The notes under the pieces were generated by a model, which did no database searches, was not told where the DNA came from, and saw only the letters and a list, made by a program, of their open reading frames with translations. DNA of 64,000 nt from a virus. Taxonomy: Duplodnaviria > Caudoviricetes. The translations under genes and the position numbers were made by a program. The stretch covers positions 32 to 64,031 of the IMG/VR virus record IMGVR_UViG_3300037471_000673; one strand, 5' to 3'. Shown here one piece after another: positions 35,129-44,404 of this stretch; within the stretch, counting starts at the first letter, position 1; every line of letters begins with the position of its first letter.

Positions 35129-35887
35129 TCAGCGCACCCAGCTAAAGCCGTTGGTACCGTAATTCAGGCCGGTGCCCACCAGCACCTTGCGCTTGGTCTC
35201 GCGAATGGCACGCGCCACTGCTTTCTCGAACGCTTCTTCGTGAGTGCCGGCACTGGTCGCAGAGCCTGCATCGCCGTCATGGTTGGCCTTGGCGCGGTAC
35301 GCCGCCCACTGCAGCACATCGAGCTGGTAGTCGCGCGGCAGCTCGGAGGGCCGTTCGAGATCGTCGAGGCTGTAGCAGTCGCGCGGCAGTCGCACGACCC
35401 GCATGTTCACCACGAGCCCGTCCGACGCGGTATCCGGTACCGGGTAGATCGACGCCGTCACCCGGTTCTGCGAGGCGTACACCAGCGTCTCGTCGGTGTA
35501 GATGGCGATCGGCGGCCCAGCCGTCGACGTGTCGTTGGAGATCGTCTCGAAGTTGATGACCTCTCGCACCTTCGGCGGCTGCACGAGGGCGTGGCCGCCA
35601 CGATACAGGTCCGTGGGTTGGGTCGCTGCGCGAGCGGAAACCAGTGCGATGACCTGTTCGTGCAGCGGGTAATCGCGCACGCCGACCTTGAGCGTGATCC
35701 GGCAAAACTCAGGAGTGTTGCCATCACGCAGGATCAGGGTCTCTCGTGTGAAACGCCGCTCCCCTTCGCCGATGTAGCGAAGCAGCGTTTCATCCGTCCA
35801 AAGGCGATCAGACTCCCCGGCGATGATGTCGCTGGTGTCGCGCAGGATATTGCCGCGCAATTCGTCCAGCTGCTCGCCGAGGTTCAT
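35129..35887 (-). CDS. Head-tail adaptor/tail tubular protein A-like
   Basis: RLWTDETLLRYI...ELPRDYQLDVLQWAAYRA pattern. Confidence 0.7.
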   Translation of the reverse strand: MNLGEQLDELRGNILRDTSDIIAGESDRLWTDETLLRYIGEGERRFTRETLILRDGNTPEFCRITLKVGVRDYPLHEQVIALVSARAATQPTDLYRGGHALVQPPKVREVINFETISNDTSTAGPPIAIYTDETLVYASQNRVTASIYPVPDTASDGLVVNMRVVRLPRDCYSLDDLERPSELPRDYQLDVLQWAAYRAKANHDGDAGSATSAGTHEEAFEKAVARAIRETKRKVLVGTGLNYGTNGFSWVR

Positions 35888-35890
35888 GCC

Positions 35891-36430
35891 TTACTCGTCG
35901 CTCGTGCGCACGACGCGATACGGGAAGCGCAGCCGGTCGCGGTACCCGATCACGTTGCGGTTTTCGTCACACACCGGAATCGACGTGATCGCGTGGTCGA
36001 GCACGTCGAGCAGCGAGATCGGTGCGTCCATTTCCATGCCCGACTGCAGCAGGAAGGGGCGCCCGTCGACCGAAGCGAACTGCCCGCCGGGCGGGATCGC
36101 GTCGTTGTCTTCGAGAATGATTTTCACGCGCCGCTCGTTGACCGGCGCTTGTGGCAGCGGCTGCGCAGCGGCAGCGGCTTGCAGCGCCTCGTCCCCGATC
36201 TTGGGAATGCTGGCGGCCGCGGCACCCGCGATCTGCACCACCCCGGGCATGAGCGCGAGAAGCGCTGCAACTTGCTGCTGCAGTGCCGCCAGCTGCGTGG
36301 GGATGTCCCCCGCCATGCCGGGCGGGGGAAGCGGAGGAAGTTCGTGTACTTCGTCATCTGCCCCGAGATTCGGCGCCAAGTCGGCGACGGAAGGAGCAGC
36401 ACTGGCGGTTGTGGTTTCGGCGTTCATCAA
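35891..36430 (-). CDS. Conserved head-module hypothetical protein
   Basis: C-terminal RVKIILEDND...VDGRPFLL...LLDVLDHA domain. Confidence 0.7.
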   Translation of the reverse strand: MMNAETTTASAAPSVADLAPNLGADDEVHELPPLPPPGMAGDIPTQLAALQQQVAALLALMPGVVQIAGAAAASIPKIGDEALQAAAAAQPLPQAPVNERRVKIILEDNDAIPPGGQFASVDGRPFLLQSGMEMDAPISLLDVLDHAITSIPVCDENRNVIGYRDRLRFPYRVVRTSDE

Positions 36431-36708
36431 TCGTCCTCGTCGTTGTCTGCGGATGTTGCAGCCTTGAAGGCCGCGGCGAACTCGTCCTCTTCGATGGGCG
36501 CGAGCTTGTCGAGGATGGAGGTCAAGAACGTCCCCACCTCCTCGGCATTCTTGAAGGCGTAGCTGCGCATCGGGTCTTGCCAGCTGGATCGCGGCTTCAC
36601 GTTTTCAGCCGCGATTTTTGGGTCGCGGATTTCCACCTCGTAGCCGTTGGCCATCTTCTCGATGCGCGCGATGCAGTCGCTCATGGGGATCGCCTCACTG
36701 TAGGCCAT
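36427..36708 (-). CDS. Hypothetical protein
   Basis: RIEKMANGYEVEI motif; acidic tail. Confidence 0.7.
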   Translation of the reverse strand: MAYSEAIPMSDCIARIEKMANGYEVEIRDPKIAAENVKPRSSWQDPMRSYAFKNAEEVGTFLTSILDKLAPIEEDEFAAAFKAATSADNDEDD

Positions 36709-36721
36709 AGGGGTCACCCCC

Positions 36722-36752
36722 AAAAAGGGGGACGGGTGCCACCCCCGTCCCC
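36722..36752 (-). terminator. Rho-independent terminator after the capsid/decoration genes
   Basis: GGGGACGGG/CCCGTCCCC stem with an A5 run on its left. Confidence 0.75.
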
Positions 36753-36763
36753 AACGCCGTTGA

Positions 36764-37405
36764 TCAGCCGATCGCTTCCCACGAGAAGCGCTTGGACGCC
36801 ACCATGGTCGTGGCGCTGAGCGTGAATGATCCGTCCGTGTTCACGAGGATGCCGTTCGTCTTCTCGAACGTGCGCGTGCCGGCCGCAACCGTGTGCAGCG
36901 ACGATGCGGTGTTGTTCCACAGCGCGCCGTAGTTCGTGTCGGTCACGCCTGCGTCCGCATCGAGCTTGGCGTCGATGCCAACGATCGCAGCACGCAGCGC
37001 GACGACCGTCGCCGCCGGGGCACCGTAAAGCGCCGTGTAGTTCGTGTCGGTCACGCCCGCGTCGGCATCGAGCTTGGCCGTCAGCACGCCGACAGCCGCG
37101 ACCAGATCGCTGAGCGCCGCCGAAGCCGGGGCGGTGAGCGTTCCGTAGTTCGTGTCGGTCACGCCTGCGTCGGCATCGAGCTTGGCAGCGATGCCGATGA
37201 GGGCTTCGTAGATGGACATCTCGTCCATCCCGTCGTACCACTCATCGCTGATGCGATCGGTCACGTTGTGGAAGCGCACGATACGCGGCATGAAGCCGGG
37301 CGTGATCGTGAGTGCGGCTGCCGTCGCCGAGGAGGTGACGATTTCGCCAACCGTGTGGTTGAACACGGTGGCTGCGTTGGACTTCACGTTGTTCAGAGTG
37401 GGCAT
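36764..37405 (-). CDS. Capsid decoration-like protein with three 36-aa repeats
   Basis: Immediately downstream of the capsid gene; AKLDADAGVTDTNY x3 at 108-bp spacing. Confidence 0.7.
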   Translation of the reverse strand: MPTLNNVKSNAATVFNHTVGEIVTSSATAAALTITPGFMPRIVRFHNVTDRISDEWYDGMDEMSIYEALIGIAAKLDADAGVTDTNYGTLTAPASAALSDLVAAVGVLTAKLDADAGVTDTNYTALYGAPAATVVALRAAIVGIDAKLDADAGVTDTNYGALWNNTASSLHTVAAGTRTFEKTNGILVNTDGSFTLSATTMVASKRFSWEAIG

Positions 37406-37447
37406 GGTGTTGCTCCGGAAGTTGCGGGATGTGGACCGTCACACCGC

Positions 37448-38497
37448 TTAGGCGGTGGCGGCAACCTCCAGACGCGCGATCCACGCGTCGTTGAGGATCA
37501 CGCAGGCCGTGTACGCCTTCCAGCCCACGGTGCCGCGTTGGCCGAGCGGGTCGCCCGGTGCCGGCTTCGGGTTCACCACCATCGGGGTGAGCGAGTCCTT
37601 GCCCTTCAGCGGCACGATGCCGTACGCATCGCGTGCGAGGTACAGGATCGGGTAGACGTCGGCGCTCGTGCCGCTCGTGGAGCGCATCGAGCCCTTGGCG
37701 CCGCCCGCATCCGCCCACGGTGCGAAGATCGTGCTGTTCAGGTAACGCACCATCTCCACTGAACCCGTCTCGTTCTCGAACGGGGTCACGGTGCCGTACT
37801 GCTTCGGGTTGATGTACCCGGTCATGTTGCGGATGTCCGAATCGAGATCAGGGTGATGCAGGCCGATGAAGGCCGCTTCCACCGGCTCCGTGCGGAAGTC
37901 CGGGGTCGACTTGACGACCGTGGTGATGCGCTTGGCGTTCTGACGCAGCAGCGACGTGGTCACGCTGCGCTGCATCGCCAGCGTGATGGCCGTGTTGACC
38001 GCGCTGCGTGCGCCACCGTTGGCGTAGAACACGTTCAGGCCGGCCTTCAGGACGTTGAAGCGGATCGTCTCGATCGTCTGCGCGGCCGACTCGCCCATGA
38101 CCTCGGTCATCTGGTTGAGGATCGGGTCTTCGTGCGTGTCGAGGATCACGTCGGTGATCGTGATGAAGTCACCGTACTGCTGCATCGTCACGCTGTAGTC
38201 TTGGTTCGCAAGACGACGGCCGGAAGGCGTGACGCCTTCGACCAGCGGCGTGATCGCCACGGGCGTGTTGAAGCTGTTGATCGCCGAGCCGGTGTTCACC
38301 TGACCCGCGGAGCCAGTGGCGCCTGCGAGGAAGTAGCGGCGGAACTTGGCCACCTGCGTGCGGTTGGTCGGCAGCACGTACGTCTGGCCGAACTTCTCCA
38401 GCACCATGTACGGCATGCCGCGCTTGAGGAACTGGGTGACGGCGTAGGCCGCGGTACGCGGGGAGATGTCGCCGTATTGGGTGACTTGTGCAGTCAT
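37448..38497 (-). CDS. Major capsid protein, N4-gp56 family
   Basis: QYGDISPRT...LEKFGQ...EGVTP...QQYGDF.TITD...DPLGQRGTVGWK...ILNDAWIARLE. Confidence 0.92.
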   Translation of the reverse strand: MTAQVTQYGDISPRTAAYAVTQFLKRGMPYMVLEKFGQTYVLPTNRTQVAKFRRYFLAGATGSAGQVNTGSAINSFNTPVAITPLVEGVTPSGRRLANQDYSVTMQQYGDFITITDVILDTHEDPILNQMTEVMGESAAQTIETIRFNVLKAGLNVFYANGGARSAVNTAITLAMQRSVTTSLLRQNAKRITTVVKSTPDFRTEPVEAAFIGLHHPDLDSDIRNMTGYINPKQYGTVTPFENETGSVEMVRYLNSTIFAPWADAGGAKGSMRSTSGTSADVYPILYLARDAYGIVPLKGKDSLTPMVVNPKPAPGDPLGQRGTVGWKAYTACVILNDAWIARLEVAATA

Positions 38498-38611
38498 GAA
38501 TCGACTCCTAGACGAAGGGTTGAGAACCGCGGGTCAAAAAGTTTCCGCTTTCTTTCCGCAGTGCCCATGTCCCGCTTGTCTAGGACTGGTGCAGTGCCAC
38601 TTGCAAGCGCG

Positions 38612-38640
38612 ACTATATCCAACGTATTGTCGAGCTGCAA
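38612..38640 (-). promoter_or_regulatory. Sigma70-like promoter for the capsid gene
   Basis: Minus strand TTGCAG-17 bp-TATAGT in the intergenic gap. Confidence 0.6.
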
Positions 38641-38647
38641 GTTTTAT

Positions 38648-38890
38648 TTACACACCGGCGATTTTTAGGCACACAGCCTTCAGCGGCAGGCTGATATCCC
38701 GGCTGTTGATCGACACGCGCGTGGCCGTCGAAGCGAGCACGTCTTTCAGGACGGCCTTGTCTTCAAGACTGATGTTCGACGCGTTGATGTCGGTCGCAGT
38801 CGCTGTACCGGCGTTCACACCGGAGACGGCCTTTTTGAGTTCCGGCCCTGAGAGCAGGGAGGAATTGATTTCGATTTGCGCGACGCTCAT
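38648..38890 (-). CDS. Hypothetical protein
   Basis: AAGGAAG RBS; lies between the scaffold and capsid genes. Confidence 0.7.
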   Translation of the reverse strand: MSVAQIEINSSLLSGPELKKAVSGVNAGTATATDINASNISLEDKAVLKDVLASTATRVSINSRDISLPLKAVCLKIAGV

Positions 38891-38901
38891 GGTGCTTCCT
38901 T

Positions 38902-39918
38902 TCAGGTGGATTTGGCAAATTCGGCGAACGCGGAATCGAAGTCGTTCTTGTCGACTCCTTGCGGAATTTCGGTGCGGCCCGTGGGCACAGGGCGCAGTGA
39001 TGCAACTGCCGCCGCCGCTTCCGCGGACAGCGCAGCGGGTGCCGGTGCAGCAGCTGGTGCCGCAGGCGCTGCAGGAGCTGCGGGCGCTGCAGGAGCCGGG
39101 GCCGACGCTGCAGGTGCCGCCGCAGCCGGGGCCACCCAACCCGTTTCCTTCTTGAAACGCGCGATCATGTCAGCGATGTCTTGCGGCGATCCCTTGGACG
39201 CGACATCCGTGTACGCGTTCTTCAGGTACTCGGGCTGCTTGTCGATCCACGCCAGCGTGGGCTCGCGAACAGCGTCGTAGTCGGACACCAGTTCCTTGAT
39301 CGCGGTGTACTGCGTGCGCGAGCCCACCGTTTGCGTGGAGGTCTCGATCGCTTCCAGTCGCGGCCCGATCTGGCCCCAGATGAACGACACCAGATCGCGA
39401 TACTCTTCGCGACGCGCAAGCGCCTCGCCCGCGGCAACGTCGGCCCACTCGGTACGGTACTTGGTGAGAACCGATTTTTCCTCGGGGGTGTATAGCGGCA
39501 CTTCGGCGGGTGCCGGGGCTGGTGCTGCTGGAGCCGGGGCAGACGCCGACGCAACTTGCTGCTGCAACTGTTCGATCTGTGCTCTCAGCGCCTCGACATC
39601 CGCGGCGGGTGCCGGTGCGGGTGCGGCCGGTGCAGGTGCGGCCGCTTCCGCCGCGGGTGCAGGAGCTGGTGCTGCCGGTGCAGGCGCTGGTGCTTCTGCT
39701 GCCGGTGCGGGAGCCGGTGTTGCCGGTGCAGGCGAGGCCGCCACAGGCGCGGGCGAAGGCGCAGGCGCAGCTGGCGTCGCCGTGAACTCGGCGAACGCCG
39801 AGCCGAAGGCATCATCGCTTTCGGATGCCGGGCTCGGCGCAGGGGTCGCGGCTGCGGGCGCAGCTGCCGGGGCTGCAGAAGTGGCGGCGGGGGCGGGAGC
39901 GTTTGTGGCGTCGGACAT
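38902..39918 (-). CDS. Capsid scaffolding protein (Ala/Pro-rich)
   Basis: Upstream of the capsid gene; PAAPA repeats; DDAFGSAFAEF / DFDSAFAEF at both ends. Confidence 0.8.
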   Translation of the reverse strand: MSDATNAPAPAATSAAPAAAPAAATPAPSPASESDDAFGSAFAEFTATPAAPAPSPAPVAASPAPATPAPAPAAEAPAPAPAAPAPAPAAEAAAPAPAAPAPAPAADVEALRAQIEQLQQQVASASAPAPAAPAPAPAEVPLYTPEEKSVLTKYRTEWADVAAGEALARREEYRDLVSFIWGQIGPRLEAIETSTQTVGSRTQYTAIKELVSDYDAVREPTLAWIDKQPEYLKNAYTDVASKGSPQDIADMIARFKKETGWVAPAAAAPAASAPAPAAPAAPAAPAAPAAAPAPAALSAEAAAAVASLRPVPTGRTEIPQGVDKNDFDSAFAEFAKST

Positions 39919-39926
39919 GGCTGAGC

Positions 39927-39955
39927 TTTGTAGTGGTTGGGGAAATTGGCGTCAA
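39927..39955 (-). promoter_or_regulatory. Sigma70-like promoter immediately upstream of the scaffold ATG
   Basis: Minus strand TTGACG-17 bp-TACAAA. Confidence 0.5.
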
Positions 39956-39971
39956 GCGTTATTTGCAAACG

Positions 39972-40163
39972 CTACTTGGAAGCGAAGACCTCTTTGAGTA
40001 AGTCTTCATAGACCTGTGCCTTGGATTGCGCCGCAGCGAAATCACCCGGCTGGCATCGCCGCAGCGAACGATCCGCTTCGAGAAGCCGCATCTCCAGTAG
40101 CCGCTTCAAGGCTACGAGTGCCGGTTCCAGCCGGCTGGCTCGCAGCTGGTCCACCAGCGCCAT
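39972..40163 (-). CDS. Small helical protein overlapping the portal 3' end
   Basis: GGAGGAA RBS before ATG 40163; helical content. Confidence 0.65.
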   Translation of the reverse strand: MALVDQLRASRLEPALVALKRLLEMRLLEADRSLRRCQPGDFAAAQSKAQVYEDLLKEVFASK

Positions 40164-42294
40164 TTCCTCCGTTCGCTGGTTCTGATGCTGCTGCAGTGGG
40201 ATTCCCATTGGTGGCTCCTTGGTTGGTGACGGCGAGCATGTCCGGGTTCAGGCCGCGTTCGAGCGCGTCCAGAATCACGTTGGCAGTCGTGGCTTCAGCC
40301 GAGGCGCTGTTCTTGCCCGCCTGCGCGATGTTTTTGAGCGTATCCGAGAGGATTTTGCGCACGTTGGCTTCGAGCAGCTGCTGTTGCTGCTGTTGCTGCT
40401 GCTCCTGTGCCTGTTGCGCGGCGGCGTCAGCGGCTTGCGCCTCTTCGTCGTTCATCACGATGTCCGACGAGGCCATATCGCGAACGCGAACCCGTGCGCG
40501 CAGCAGCTCCAGTGGCTTGAGATAGCGTTTTTCTTCGGGCGTGAGCGTCTGCGCAAGATTGTCGATCTGCTGGCCGAGCACTTCCTTGGCGATCAGGCTT
40601 GTTGCACCACGCGCAACGGCCGCGAACTCGCCCTTGAGCCTGTCATCGTATGCAAACTTGCGGTTGAACACGAGCAACGCACCAATAACCGACTCCGTGA
40701 ACACGTCGAAATTACGCACGACGTCCTTGAATGGAAGCGCCGCATCGCCCCGCAGCATCGATGCGCCGGCAGCCGTGCGAAACGGCTCCGAAGGAGCGTT
40801 TTGTACGTCTCCACCACTTGCAGCATTGACGAACGTCTCGCTGTCGGCGAAGTCTTGGAACTGCTTGATGATGGCCTGCATCTCCGCGATGCCCGTGTCG
40901 AACTTGATGACACGCACGGCGGGGTACTGCGCGGTTGCCGGGTTGTCGTCGTCGCGGAAGATGACCATGTCCGGGTCGATCGACTGGATATCCTGATCGA
41001 GACGCAGCAGCGCGTTATTGACCTCCACGACACGCTGCACGCTGGCTTGGTCCAGCGTCATGCGCGTGGCCGCGCACACGCCCATCTGGCTGTCGCGCAT
41101 AATGTTCGGCAGCGCATTACCCAGCAGGAACGTCTCATCTTCCTCGAAGATGAAGTGGTGATACTGCGGCATCTCGGCATCGGGCGTGAGCGTGACCCAC
41201 GGGTCGATGTCGGCCTTGACCACCATGCCATCCGCCACCCATACGGTGGCCCGCACGTCCTCGTTGATCTTGCTGGCCGGCACGCGCGCGCCACATGCCT
41301 GCAAATCGATGCCGGAGACGTAGCCTTCCCACACGACCAGCTCGTATTTGCGCGTTTCGCTCACCGACGAATTGATCTGCACGCCCATCGAGCGCAGGTC
41401 GCTCTCGAACGAGCGGCGCTTGTAGTTGCCGTTCGGGTGCGTCGCGAGGAACTTGTCGATCTGGTCTGCGAGAAAGTCCGGCCGCAGCTTGAGCTTGACC
41501 AGCTGGTGCTTGTTCATGACCACGCGCATGAACTGCCCTTCCATCTGCTCGAACGTCTTGGCGCCCATGTCCGGGTAGTAGTCCCAGATCGGCACGAACT
41601 CGAAGCGCGGGCGCATGCACGTGTACGGCACCGCCTCCAGCTTCTGGTTCACCAGCTTCCACTTGACCATCTTCTGCTCGACGACGAACGGCCCACGCAG
41701 CAGCCCCGCGCCGTACTGGATGCCGCTGGCCAGCACCTTGCGACACAGCGCCACGTAATTGAGCGCCTTGGTGCCGCCTAGCTCCTGCAGCTGGTCTTCG
41801 ATCTCGGTCTCCAGTCGCTGCGCGCGCTTTTGCGCGAAGCGCCGGATCGCCGCTTCGATCTCGTCGTCGTTAGGGACACGGTCTGGGGTCTTCTGCATCA
41901 GCGCATCAAGCACGGCCTGCAGGTCTTCCTGCGACAAGTCCGGCACCGCGGGCGCCGACACCGTCCAGTTCTTCTCTTCGACCTGAAACAGCAAGTTCAT
42001 CAGCCGCGAGAGCATCGAGACGCACTTCACGCGCGTGAGCTTCGGGTACGCACGTGAGCGGTTGCGCGGGATCATCGACTCGATGTCCGGGTCGTAGATG
42101 CCAAGCACCTGCCGCGCGTTGCGCAGCCACTTCTGCTCGGCGATCTTGCGCATGTTCTCGTACTCGGTGAACTTGGACATGAGCATGGCGCCAAGTTTTG
42201 CCAGCGCCTCGGGGTTGGCTGGCATGCGAGTCGAGGCTTCCAACTGCATCGTTGCGGACGGCTGGGTCGCGGTGGACGGAGCGCTTGTGGCCAT
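40042..42294 (-). CDS. Portal protein
   Basis: 750 aa between TerL and the scaffold; SRAYPKLTRVKC, IWDYYPD, EPFRTAAGASML patterns. Confidence 0.85.
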   Translation of the reverse strand: MATSAPSTATQPSATMQLEASTRMPANPEALAKLGAMLMSKFTEYENMRKIAEQKWLRNARQVLGIYDPDIESMIPRNRSRAYPKLTRVKCVSMLSRLMNLLFQVEEKNWTVSAPAVPDLSQEDLQAVLDALMQKTPDRVPNDDEIEAAIRRFAQKRAQRLETEIEDQLQELGGTKALNYVALCRKVLASGIQYGAGLLRGPFVVEQKMVKWKLVNQKLEAVPYTCMRPRFEFVPIWDYYPDMGAKTFEQMEGQFMRVVMNKHQLVKLKLRPDFLADQIDKFLATHPNGNYKRRSFESDLRSMGVQINSSVSETRKYELVVWEGYVSGIDLQACGARVPASKINEDVRATVWVADGMVVKADIDPWVTLTPDAEMPQYHHFIFEEDETFLLGNALPNIMRDSQMGVCAATRMTLDQASVQRVVEVNNALLRLDQDIQSIDPDMVIFRDDDNPATAQYPAVRVIKFDTGIAEMQAIIKQFQDFADSETFVNAASGGDVQNAPSEPFRTAAGASMLRGDAALPFKDVVRNFDVFTESVIGALLVFNRKFAYDDRLKGEFAAVARGATSLIAKEVLGQQIDNLAQTLTPEEKRYLKPLELLRARVRVRDMASSDIVMNDEEAQAADAAAQQAQEQQQQQQQQLLEANVRKILSDTLKNIAQAGKNSASAEATTANVILDALERGLNPDMLAVTNQGATNGNPTAAASEPANGGNGAGGPAASQPAGTGTRSLEAATGDAASRSGSFAAAMPAG

Positions 42295-42354
42295 GGTGGT
42301 CAGTCCTGATGAGTTGCTTGGCCGCGAGTGTAGCCGTTTCGCGCCCGCCTGTAA

Positions 42355-43788
42355 CTATCGGGCTGCATACGAATTTCGCGAGGTCGGAGCGCGCCGGGCG
42401 ACCGGCCTGCGTGTGGCGCGCTCCTCGCCTGCGCGAAAATACCGGACAAGGTACGTGAACGCATCGGCCACGTGGCTGTGCATGTTCTTGTCCGGCTTGT
42501 CGCTCTTGCCATCACCGTCCTTGTTGATCGCGTAGCGGTAGCCACTGACCAGCGCGCGGCGCAGCTTCACGATGTGCGGCGCCAGTTCGAGCGCCGGCCC
42601 ATCGTCGGTCAGGCGCGTCATGTAATACTGCGCCGGGTCAAGGCGCGAGGCGATCTGGTTGTTCGTGTCGAGGTGCACCTTGTAGTGCTTCTTCAGCTCC
42701 TTGACGACACTGGAGCCCTGCGTGGCCGATGACTGCTGCGCGCTGGCCGGGTCCGGCACGAACAGGATGTCGGTGATGTTCGGGTAGCGCGTGCGCAGCA
42801 GCGGCTTTAACTTCTCCGCGATCGCGCGGTCGGTCGCGTAGTCTTCCATCACCAGCTCGTCGAGGATCAGGATGCGCGCGAACGCGTCGTCGTACTGGCC
42901 CAGCACCATCGCACTGTGCTTGCCCGGGTCGTAGCCGATCACCAACGTGCGCGCGCGGTTCGCATACAGCGGCACCTTGGACACATGCAAATCTGGATTG
43001 AACATCGGGAAGACGGGCTTACCGCCCATCGAGTAGCCCCAGCACACCTCGATGTACTGCTTGACCCAGTGCTTGGTCTTGCCTTTGGCGAGGTTCGTGT
43101 AGTACGCCGCCTTGCCCGGCAGGTTGCCCACGTTCTCCGCTTCGGGTGAGAAGCCCGAGGGCTGCGTGAAGTACGTCCAGTTGGCCGGCTTTTCCTCATC
43201 GGGCGGGATCAGAGAGTGATCCTCCAGCAGCGGGTACCACCAGTCACTCTCCATGCCGGGGTTGGAGGCGCCCCACATGCCCCAGTTGGTCGCCCCGCCG
43301 TCGATCTCGGGTGGATAGCGGCCGCACCGCGCTGACAACGCCTCCACGATCGCGCGCGGAATCTGCACGAACTCGTCGATGATGGCGAACGTGACTTCCA
43401 GCGACAGCACACGATCGACGTCGTCCGGTGTGTCCAGCGGGCGGAACATGACTTCGCACTCCACGTCGCCGAAGCGCAAGATGAAGTCCTTGCTCGTGGC
43501 CTTCCACTTACCGGCCACGCCGTCCTTGAACCAGTAGTTGAAGCTCTTGATCGTCGTGTCCGCAAGCTGCGGCGCCGTGTTGCGCACGATCACGCAGCGC
43601 GAGCGGCGGATGCCGTCGATGGGGCTTTTGGCCTGCAGCTGCGCGAGATAAACGAGCTTGAAGAACACACCCGTGGTCTTGCCCGAACCCACCGGGCCCA
43701 CGATCCAGTCGAGAAACAGCTCGCCGGGCCGGTAGTGCTTGATGAACTCCTTGACCGTGGGCGGCGGGGTGTATTGGAGTGTGGTCAT
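42355..43788 (-). CDS. terL: Terminase large subunit
   Basis: GPVGSGKTT Walker A, FAIIDEF Walker B, GYDPG nuclease start, HSHVADAFTY. Confidence 0.93.
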   Translation of the reverse strand: MTTLQYTPPPTVKEFIKHYRPGELFLDWIVGPVGSGKTTGVFFKLVYLAQLQAKSPIDGIRRSRCVIVRNTAPQLADTTIKSFNYWFKDGVAGKWKATSKDFILRFGDVECEVMFRPLDTPDDVDRVLSLEVTFAIIDEFVQIPRAIVEALSARCGRYPPEIDGGATNWGMWGASNPGMESDWWYPLLEDHSLIPPDEEKPANWTYFTQPSGFSPEAENVGNLPGKAAYYTNLAKGKTKHWVKQYIEVCWGYSMGGKPVFPMFNPDLHVSKVPLYANRARTLVIGYDPGKHSAMVLGQYDDAFARILILDELVMEDYATDRAIAEKLKPLLRTRYPNITDILFVPDPASAQQSSATQGSSVVKELKKHYKVHLDTNNQIASRLDPAQYYMTRLTDDGPALELAPHIVKLRRALVSGYRYAINKDGDGKSDKPDKNMHSHVADAFTYLVRYFRAGEERATRRPVARRAPTSRNSYAAR

Positions 43789-43789
43789 C

Positions 43790-43993
43790 TCACCAGTAGT
43801 TTTTCTTCGGCGGCTCGGACACAGCCTGCGCCATCGTCAGGCCGCGGCGCAGTCGCCCGCGCAGCATCTCGACCGACAACCCTGCCTTGTATGCGATCTG
43901 GCGCAAGGTCAGTTTCTGGCCCTCGAACTCGTACAGCTTGGCGGGATTGCCCCCGCCGCGCCACGCCGCGATCGTGTCGACGGGCTGGCTCAC
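43790..43993 (-). CDS. Small HTH-like DNA-binding protein
   Basis: YEFEGQKLTLRQIA...LRGRLRRG.T..QA resembles the C-terminal domain of phage homing endonucleases. Confidence 0.65.
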   Translation of the reverse strand: MSQPVDTIAAWRGGGNPAKLYEFEGQKLTLRQIAYKAGLSVEMLRGRLRRGLTMAQAVSEPPKKNYW

Positions 43994-44160
43994 TTTTTCG
44001 CCGGCTTGACGTTTTTCAGCGCCGGGTTGGCCTTCTTGGCCGCGGGTGATGCCCTGCGCGTTGAAGCCGCGAGGATCGCCCCCGCGGCCTTCATGCCCAT
44101 GCCACCTTTCTTGGCGATCTGTTTCTGGACCATGCCGAAGCCGGGGTGTTTGGTGGCCAT
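43990..44160 (-). CDS. Small Lys/Ala-rich basic protein (56 aa)
   Basis: MATKHPGFGMVQKQIAKKGG...ASPAAKKANPALKNVK; GAGG RBS; not in the supplied ORF track. Confidence 0.65.
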   Translation of the reverse strand: MATKHPGFGMVQKQIAKKGGMGMKAAGAILAASTRRASPAAKKANPALKNVKPAKK

Positions 44161-44177
44161 GGGTGTGTCCTCGTCGG

Positions 44178-44390
44178 TCAGGGCTGCGCGGGCGGCGGGT
44201 CTTGCGGGCGTTCCTCGATGACGAGGCGCCGGCCGCTATGGATGGTCTGCGTCGCCATCGCCGTGGGGTAGTCGATCTGCGTGTAGCTGGACTCGTCGAC
44301 CCACTGGCCTTCGGCGTTTTTGAACTGGCCGGTGACGCGTACCGGATGGCTGCTGGTGTCGGCGTTTTCGATGCGAACGGACTTGGTCAT
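44178..44390 (-). CDS. Hypothetical protein
   Basis: AGGAG RBS; MTKSVRIENADTS. Confidence 0.7.
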   Translation of the reverse strand: MTKSVRIENADTSSHPVRVTGQFKNAEGQWVDESSYTQIDYPTAMATQTIHSGRRLVIEERPQDPPPAQP

Positions 44391-44404
44391 GAGCGCTCCT
44401 GTGG

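Noticed and set aside
38902-39918. Ala/Pro DNA repeats in the scaffold (and in 7780-8220) as a repeat element
   Set aside because: They are low-complexity linker coding typical of scaffolding and SSB proteins, with no fixed unit.
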